From Trichlorobacter lovleyi SZ (GTDB taxonomy: Bacteria; Desulfobacterota; Desulfuromonadia; Geobacterales; Pseudopelobacteraceae): 32,000 nt of DNA. The notes beneath the pieces are model-generated. The model searched no databases, was not told the origin of the DNA, and was given only the letters and a program-made list of their open reading frames with translations. Each line of letters opens with the position of its first letter. Position 1 is the first letter of the stretch. Location: assembly GCF_000020385.1 (NCBI RefSeq), contig NC_010814.1, positions 3,030,001-3,062,000 on the forward strand. The letters are read 5' to 3'. Below are positions 26,048-32,000 of the stretch, one piece after another. A program made the position numbers and the translations under genes.

Positions 26048-26881
26048 ATGACGACTGGCGAGAAAATCAGAGTCTTGCGGTTACTTCTGGGGTACGACCA
26101 GAAAGATCTCGCATTTGCCTTAAGCCTAAATGCCCCGACAAGTGTCAATCGCTGGGAACAGGGCGTCGCTTTGCCTAGGATTGGAATGCTGCAGAGGTTG
26201 GGGGAAGTGCTGCAGGTGAGTTGGGCCTGGCTACAGGATTCTCATATGCCAGTATCATCTGGAAATTTTTTGAACTTTCGTCCGCTGTCTCCGTATTTAG
26301 CCAACACGGAACGATGGACTAGATTTATGTGTACAAGCCTACCTGAACTTTTTGTTGGTTTGTGCAACGAACTGAACGTCACAGAGTATTTTGTTTTAGA
26401 TGCGCCCTGCCAGGGCGGAATTATAATTGCTGCGAACAAAGAATTAGCCATCGAGGTCAGTTCTCTTCCAGAATTGCATGCTGCGGTGCGGGCTAAGCTC
26501 CCGCAATATGTAGTTATGCAGGTAACGGACGACGAATACCTAGAGGAACTGTGCGCAGGCAGCAGAACCGCAGAATTGTTTAGTCGCTGCGGAGTTGATT
26601 GGATTCATGTGCAGCAACGTGAACCTGAGCCGCCTTCTAGCCCAAGCATATCAATGAGTCTAAATGCAAAAATAGCCGATAAAGATTGCTGTACTGAAAT
26701 TAAAAGTAAAGTTCACAGTGTCTTTGATGAACTCATACAAAAATATTCTCTTTTTGATGTGAGCTTAAATATTAGTATAATTCCAAGCAGAAGCGAAAAC
26801 GAATTAATCTGCGATCTGATAGAAGATAAGCGTCTAAAAAAACTGGCACAATCACTGTTTGGTAAAAAAGTAAGAATATGA
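26048..26881 (+). CDS. XRE-family HTH protein with a roughly 200-aa uncharacterised C-terminal domain
   Basis: GGAGG lies 6 nt upstream of ATG 26048. The N-terminus GEKIRVLRLLLGYDQKDLAFALSLNAPTSVNRWEQG is a typical HTH_XRE fold. Confidence 0.75.
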   Translation: MTTGEKIRVLRLLLGYDQKDLAFALSLNAPTSVNRWEQGVALPRIGMLQRLGEVLQVSWAWLQDSHMPVSSGNFLNFRPLSPYLANTERWTRFMCTSLPELFVGLCNELNVTEYFVLDAPCQGGIIIAANKELAIEVSSLPELHAAVRAKLPQYVVMQVTDDEYLEELCAGSRTAELFSRCGVDWIHVQQREPEPPSSPSISMSLNAKIADKDCCTEIKSKVHSVFDELIQKYSLFDVSLNISIIPSRSENELICDLIEDKRLKKLAQSLFGKKVRI

Positions 26882-27423
26882 TTCCAAGTGAAGCTCTTGC
26901 TAAAAGCAGATTATCGTATCTGACTTTACACAAAGAATATGAAGCATTCTCAAAAGTTATTGCAACATCTAATTACCTTTTATCACTGAGCTCAGTTGTA
27001 GGTGTGGAAGCATTGAATATATTATTGTCAATGCATCCAATCGTTGTAATAAGAACGAAAAATACACAAGTGAAACGTTATTGTTGTATAGGCGGTATAA
27101 GATCCTACCTCGTAGCAAAATCTGTCTTAAATCACCACGACGAAGTCCCAATTCTTGTGTTGCCGAGAGCGAGAAAAGAAGATGTGTCTTTGATGATATA
27201 TACAGATCTGCTGCTATCTCCGCTTTTGAATTCAGTCAGGCATCTCTCTGATATTGGCTGCATTTTTGAACAAATTGGGCCAGATGGAATAAAAAATATT
27301 TTAACAAAAGGCAATCAAAGCAAAGAGGCATTGGCTAAAAAAATGGGTTGCGCGAAAAACTCAATTTTCCGTCCCAAGCAGGGTGGCAGCCAGATGCTGA
27401 ACGAAGAAGCGGGCCGGAAATGA
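26878..27423 (+). CDS. ParB/Srx-fold-like protein with a C-terminal HTH
   Basis: The gene starts in an ATGA overlap with the upstream gene. PIVVIRTK...YCCIGGIRSYLVAKS...VPILVL resembles the ParB N-terminal box (PI.V...G..R..A) but has a degenerate arginine motif. A later HTH-like segment reads SKEALAKKMGCAKNSIFR. Confidence 0.5.
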   Translation: MIPSEALAKSRLSYLTLHKEYEAFSKVIATSNYLLSLSSVVGVEALNILLSMHPIVVIRTKNTQVKRYCCIGGIRSYLVAKSVLNHHDEVPILVLPRARKEDVSLMIYTDLLLSPLLNSVRHLSDIGCIFEQIGPDGIKNILTKGNQSKEALAKKMGCAKNSIFRPKQGGSQMLNEEAGRK

Positions 27424-29798
27424 TTCTTTGGCGAGAAATAGATGAACATTTAAGGCGCAAGGGCATTGCAACAGAGCCATTACAATCAATGTGCCGATTT
27501 ATCGAAGCATTCGACCCTCCAATAGAGCTGTACAGGTCCGTAAATAGTTTACAAGCTATTTTGCCGCATCTTGTCGAACTGCTTTCAGAATACGAGTATC
27601 AAAATCTAGATTTCAACCATAAACAGTGGGAGGATATCTGTAAAGAGATTATAACCTCCGAGCAATTGCGCGGCTATGTGGAAAGCACTAGAAAAGCCGG
27701 CAAAATGCCGCTTAGAGGAAGGTACGAGACAAATCAGATTTATGTTGCTCTCTGGAGCAGGCCAGATGAGGAAACCTGCCAAGAGATGTATCTCAAACTG
27801 CTGGCGCACTATCTGTTCATACGGGCAGTCCTGCTGCAAAGAATTGAAGAGCAGTTGGAAGATAACCTGCAGCCCGAAAATTACGGCAGCTGCCTCGATG
27901 ACGCCTTGTTGGCGATCCGTAATTTATCAAACGATGATCGACGGGTTAAGCTGTTGGATCTGCCGGATCTTGACCGGCCATTCGCAGAAATCTTGGACGG
28001 GCTGGACGCTAATGATTCAGATTTCAGGCATATAAGGGTTCTGTATAAATATTTCATTGGCATCAGAAGGCCGCCGCGCAGGGCTGTCGATGCCGAAGAG
28101 ATTTCACAGTCTGAAGTAAGAAAAAAAGAGCGGCTCAAACAGCCAGCCGACATAATCGATTCAGCATACAACGGGGAGCAGGGGCAGGAGGGCTCTATTA
28201 CAGATGTGCAGTTGGTTCAGTTGCCCCTGCACAATGACAAAGATGCCTTTGATATGGAGTACCTCGGTTGCGACCCGCATGAAGCGCGGTCGGGCGTCGA
28301 AATCGTCATTCCAAAAATTCAAAAAGCACTACGCAAACAACCCAGGTCTCCTCGTCAGAAGTCGCAGGACAAGCGTAAGCGGAAAGCGGGACTGGCCTTG
28401 GCCAACCAAAGGTTGGTTTCTCGCTGGGAAGCCCTGTCTCTCCATGAAGCCTCGTCGTATTTGACAGCTCTTTCCGATATCATAACCGCAAAAGAATCAT
28501 CTGTGTATTTCCCAGGGAGAGCCGTGCCTCAGGAGTTGGCGGCATTGGGGACCGTACTGTTCTGGTTCGGCCAACGGGTGTCGAATGTCGAACGGATTCA
28601 AGTGATGAAATACGATGAAATAAAAGATACAGACGGCCCTGGAGTCGTAAGAAAAAGAGACGGCACTTTTTTCTGGTTGACGAGGCCGGCCACGCCAACC
28701 AGAAAAAAACTGCCTAGTGAGCGTCAGTGCAAACAGGCTTTCCCGACAACCCCCACTCTTTTTCTACAATCGGGCATAGGGGTTGAGCGCGTCATATATA
28801 AATACTGCCAGGAGCGGAAATTCGAACATGGCGACTTGCTATTTCGGAAGAAGCTGGATTATTACAGACCGTTGTTCGATGCTTTTCTGACAAAAATCAA
28901 TCAGCGGCATGCCACACGGCTGACAGCCAACAGGGTAAGCGACCACATGTTTTCTGCAATTGAACATCATCCTGGGGCGGATGTAACGGTTGCGATGTTT
29001 CTTGTGGGGCGTGAGGAGTTTCTCGGTCGTAATCCATCATTTTATACCTCTCTCCCTACGTCTCGCCTGGAACAGATCTATTGCGATGTCTGCCATTCAG
29101 TCCGGGACCGCCACTTCAAAGAACGGCCGCGTCAAAACCAGACACGTGTCGAAGAATTATTTGAAGCCCATGAGATAAAAGATCACCGGACACATGTCGG
29201 TTCTCCTTTCAGACCTACCCCCCAGACGATCACACAGCTTGTTACGTATCTTAAAGAAATTCATGCCTCAGCCCAATGGGCCGATAAAAGCGTTCTCAAG
29301 CTGATGCGCCTTCATAACAGCATGACCAGGTATACGGCATTTATCGTAGCATTCGCTACCGGCTTCAGGGCAGTCCGTGATCCTTTTCTGAGCGCCGCAG
29401 AAATTGATTGGAAAAGTGGCTTTGCGGTGTTGTCTGACAAAGATAATGAAGACTGCTACAACGCGCGGTTGATATGGATACCGCCGGTCTGTTTGCGACA
29501 GTTGAAATTTTTTGAGGAACACCAGCACAATGCGCTGGCGCGATTTAACCTCCTCATCCCGACGCTGCAAAACCGAGGTGAGCGTTTGTCAAACCTGGTG
29601 ACAGGGAGATACATGTTCTTGAGTAAAAGGGATTTGGACACGCATGAGTGTGTCGCGCTTACTTATAGCCCCAAAATTTTGGAGACCAATCTGCAGAAGA
29701 AATATGCATTGCCATTTAACGCCAGTAGGCACTACCTGCGTTCCATATTGCTGGAACGCGGGTGTCCGGTGGAAGTGTCAATCGGCATTGAAATTTGA
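27420..29798 (+). CDS. Giant tyrosine-recombinase-like protein (about 785 native aa), 3'-truncated by an IS21-family insertion
   Basis: The gene starts in an ATGA overlap with the upstream gene. The last 200 aa or so carry an ordered recombinase motif set: ATGFRAVRD (Arg I), SDKDNEDCYNARLIWIPP (Lys/beta-hairpin) and ASRHYLRS (HxxR). The reading frame enters the IS end at 29776 and stops 7 codons later, so the catalytic Tyr block is absent. I recognise no motif in the N-terminal 550 aa or so. Confidence 0.7.
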   Translation: MILWREIDEHLRRKGIATEPLQSMCRFIEAFDPPIELYRSVNSLQAILPHLVELLSEYEYQNLDFNHKQWEDICKEIITSEQLRGYVESTRKAGKMPLRGRYETNQIYVALWSRPDEETCQEMYLKLLAHYLFIRAVLLQRIEEQLEDNLQPENYGSCLDDALLAIRNLSNDDRRVKLLDLPDLDRPFAEILDGLDANDSDFRHIRVLYKYFIGIRRPPRRAVDAEEISQSEVRKKERLKQPADIIDSAYNGEQGQEGSITDVQLVQLPLHNDKDAFDMEYLGCDPHEARSGVEIVIPKIQKALRKQPRSPRQKSQDKRKRKAGLALANQRLVSRWEALSLHEASSYLTALSDIITAKESSVYFPGRAVPQELAALGTVLFWFGQRVSNVERIQVMKYDEIKDTDGPGVVRKRDGTFFWLTRPATPTRKKLPSERQCKQAFPTTPTLFLQSGIGVERVIYKYCQERKFEHGDLLFRKKLDYYRPLFDAFLTKINQRHATRLTANRVSDHMFSAIEHHPGADVTVAMFLVGREEFLGRNPSFYTSLPTSRLEQIYCDVCHSVRDRHFKERPRQNQTRVEELFEAHEIKDHRTHVGSPFRPTPQTITQLVTYLKEIHASAQWADKSVLKLMRLHNSMTRYTAFIVAFATGFRAVRDPFLSAAEIDWKSGFAVLSDKDNEDCYNARLIWIPPVCLRQLKFFEEHQHNALARFNLLIPTLQNRGERLSNLVTGRYMFLSKRDLDTHECVALTYSPKILETNLQKKYALPFNASRHYLRSILLERGCPVEVSIGIEI

Positions 29799-29841
29799 CC
29801 CACCATCGGCGTCCAAAATTGACCCACCTCAGCGGTTGATT

Positions 29842-30606
29842 TTAGTCTGAGTTTCTGGTTTTGATTCTCCAGCTTTCATTTCCTGTTTCGACGATTTCGC
29901 AGTGATGGGTAACCCTGTCCAGAAGTGCCGTGGTCATTTTGCCATCACCGAACACCTGCGGCCATTCTCCAAAGGTCAGGTTAGTGGTAATGATAAGCGA
30001 TGTTCTCTCGTACAGCTTTGATATAAGGTGAAACAGCAGCTGTCCTCCAGCCTTTGAGAACGGCAGATAGCCCAGTTCGTCCAGCACAACCAGATCAAGC
30101 CTGCAGAGTGCCTCTGCAAGCTTTCCTCCGCGTCCGCTTAGCTTTTCCTGTTCTAGTTGGTTGACCAGATCCAGCAGGTTGAAGTATCGGCCACGCTTAC
30201 CGTTTCTGATCACCTGCCGTGCAATGGCAATGGCCAGATGGGTCTTGCCGGTACCGGTTCCACCTACCAGAATGATATTACTCTTTTCAGTAAGAAAGCC
30301 TCCCTCATACAGCATTCTGACCTGTGTCTCGTTGATCGGTGTATCCGTAAACTCAAAGTGATCCAGGTCCTTCTCTACTGGAAACCTTGCCTGACTCAGG
30401 CGGTAGCGGATACTTCTGATTCTCCGTTCAGCCAGCTCTGCATTAAGCAGCTCAAACAGGATCTTCTCCGGTGTGGCCCGTTGTTTGATGCCTGTGGCGA
30501 TCAGCTCGTCACAGGCAGTCTTCATGCCATGCAGCCCAAGGGTCTCCATGGCCTTTTGCAGTTTCTCACGCAGTAGCACAGGCACCTCCGGCAAGCAGCA
30601 GGTCAT
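29842..30606 (-). CDS. istB: IS21-family helper ATPase IstB
   Basis: The product has Walker [12 protein letters not shown], Walker [10 protein letters not shown] and IstB-like ends. An alternative GTG start at 30579 follows GGAGG. Confidence 0.93.
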   Translation of the reverse strand: MTCCLPEVPVLLREKLQKAMETLGLHGMKTACDELIATGIKQRATPEKILFELLNAELAERRIRSIRYRLSQARFPVEKDLDHFEFTDTPINETQVRMLYEGGFLTEKSNIILVGGTGTGKTHLAIAIARQVIRNGKRGRYFNLLDLVNQLEQEKLSGRGGKLAEALCRLDLVVLDELGYLPFSKAGGQLLFHLISKLYERTSLIITTNLTFGEWPQVFGDGKMTTALLDRVTHHCEIVETGNESWRIKTRNSD

Positions 30607-32000
30607 ACCGCCTGCAGTCAGCTACAGGCGGTATGATCAAAACCGGCAGTTTTGCTGCAGGATCTGCCGTTGGTGTCGGTTCTTCATCGTTTCGGGACAA
30701 CAGATTAAGCACGACATCCCGACTGATGGTATTGGCTGCCAATGCATCAGTGCATGCCTGTGTTACTGCTTCAATGCCATAGTAGGAGACAACCGCCAGT
30801 ATCCCGACAAACTGCCGGTCACCATCACGGTGCTTGGCAAGGGCACTACGGATTTGCTCAATAGATTCCGGCAAATTCCATTCCTTAAACGGTGCACCGT
30901 TTCTGAGTGCTCCCGGCTTCTTCTTCAGTGCCTCCAGATAGTGCCAGGGATCATAGAAGACCTGATCACGACCAAAGTGCCGTTTGTGGAATCCTACGGT
31001 TCTGCCGCTCTGGACAAAGGTCAGACGATCAGCATAGGCCCGTACCGTGACCGGGTTGCCAACAGCAGAGACATGGACGCTGTAACGGTTGCGGTCAAAT
31101 GAGACCAGGGAGGTAGAAGATACCTTGGCATCGCTTTCCAGATAACCGTCAAACGGAACCGTTACCGTGAGAAGCTGCCGGCGTTCCTCCTTAAACAGGT
31201 CATTGATCGTCAGGAGTGGGTTGTCAGGATGTTTCTGGGTTGCTGCGTAGTCCAGACATTGTTCCTGCAGCCACTGGTTTAGCTCAGAAAGGTTGGTAAA
31301 TGTCCGCCGTTTGGCGAAGAAACGCTTGCGCACAAGGCCTACCTGATTCTCTACCTGCCCCTTCTCCCAGCCTGCAGCAGGAGTGCAGGCTATCGGTTCA
31401 AACAGGTAGTGGGAGGCCAGACTCAAAAACCGACGATTGAATACACGATCCTTGCCCATCAGGACTTTGGTTACTACGGTTTTTAGGTTGTCGTAGATAC
31501 CACGCCGACAGGCACCACCAAAGAAGCTGAATGCCTTGATATGAGCATCCAGAACCATCTCCAGGCTCTCACGTGTGTAGGCCACGCAAAATGGCATCCG
31601 ACTGTTACAGAGGCGAAACTGAGCAATCTTGACCTTTACGATGATCCCACCCAACTCAATCTGCTCATAGCTCCAGTCAAACTGAAATGCCTCACCAGGA
31701 TCAAAGGATAGCGGAATAAAGGCTGCGGCTACGCCGCCGCCGGTCTCTTTGCGCTGCTGCTGGATGTAACGACGGACGCTGTCATAGCCACCTTCAAATC
31801 CTTCCCGCTGTAGCGTCTCAAACAATAACTGGGCACTACGACGATGGCGGACTGGCTTTACGGCATCTTCAGACAACAGTCCTTTGAGACGTTCTTCAAA
31901 TGCAGCAAGCTTTGGCCTGGGCTGTTCGGTGCGGGTATAAACCTGATCGGTTACGTCACTTCTGATGATTTTCTTGACGGTGTTCTTAGACAGATGAAAC
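30566..32000 (-). CDS. istA: IS21-family transposase IstA (N-terminus beyond the window)
   Basis: The frame stays open to nt 31999 and reads ...[11 protein letters not shown]...[13 protein letters not shown]...FQFDWSY..., which is the IstA HTH plus DDE layout. The TTG at 31876 in the ORF track is not the real start. Confidence 0.93.
   Translation of the reverse strand, partial: FHLSKNTVKKIIRSDVTDQVYTRTEQPRPKLAAFEERLKGLLSEDAVKPVRHRRSAQLLFETLQREGFEGGYDSVRRYIQQQRKETGGGVAAAFIPLSFDPGEAFQFDWSYEQIELGGIIVKVKIAQFRLCNSRMPFCVAYTRESLEMVLDAHIKAFSFFGGACRRGIYDNLKTVVTKVLMGKDRVFNRRFLSLASHYLFEPIACTPAAGWEKGQVENQVGLVRKRFFAKRRTFTNLSELNQWLQEQCLDYAATQKHPDNPLLTINDLFKEERRQLLTVTVPFDGYLESDAKVSSTSLVSFDRNRYSVHVSAVGNPVTVRAYADRLTFVQSGRTVGFHKRHFGRDQVFYDPWHYLEALKKKPGALRNGAPFKEWNLPESIEQIRSALAKHRDGDRQFVGILAVVSYYGIEAVTQACTDALAANTISRDVVLNLLSRNDEEPTPTADPAAKLPVLIIPPVADCRRYDLLLAGGACATA

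Larger units (their letters stand above)
29776..32000 (-). mobile_element. IS21-family insertion sequence (partial; continues beyond the window end)
   Basis: The terminal TGTCA lies at 29776. Subterminal direct repeats AAATTTGACCCACC (29791-29804) and AAAATTGACCCACC (29815-29828) are followed by the overlapping istB/istA gene pair. Confidence 0.85.

Noticed and set aside
18559-32000. A direct repeat of the tRNA-Gly 3' end (attR) marking the far island boundary.
   Set aside because: I scanned by eye for GGTTCGAATCCCG/TTCCCGCTCCA-like strings downstream and found none in the window. The boundary, if any, lies beyond nt 32000.

Overview
The window looks like a Desulfuromonadales/Geobacter-type chromosome; this is inferred from the multiheme cytochromes, the sigma-54 two-component regulators and the hrcA-grpE-dnaK-dnaJ gene order. 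It splits into two parts.

**Core region (nt 1 to about 18558).** This part is GC-rich and densely coding. It holds:
- the 3' end of cheB, then prfC, a DoxX gene, tRNA-Arg(CCG), coaE and a THUMP RNA methyltransferase;
- a histidine kinase / sigma-54 response regulator pair, divergent from a large multiheme cytochrome c gene. The intergenic region between them carries two NtrC-type palindromes and a -24/-12-like promoter;
- the heat-shock operon hrcA-grpE-dnaK-dnaJ, with a perfect CIRCE operator, followed on the same strand by a small membrane protein and a diheme cytochrome;
- murI, a GerMN gene, a conserved hypothetical and tRNA-Gly(GCC).

**Accessory region (downstream of tRNA-Gly and its terminator, to the window end).** The sequence becomes a mosaic and is partly AT-rich by eye. 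It holds:
- two class II Fic genes bracketing a flavodoxin/4Fe-4S protein and two zinc-ribbon proteins;
- a 440-bp ORF-free spacer;
- a CHAT-protease remnant and a complete ISL3-family IS;
- a translationally coupled three-gene module: an XRE-HTH protein, a ParB-like protein and a roughly 790-aa tyrosine-recombinase-like protein. The 3' end of the recombinase gene is cut by an IS21-family element (istA/istB) that runs off the window.

The three-gene module and the island architecture are the most promising places to look for something undescribed. No CRISPR array or rRNA is visible. All calls come from reading motifs by eye, and no database search was possible.
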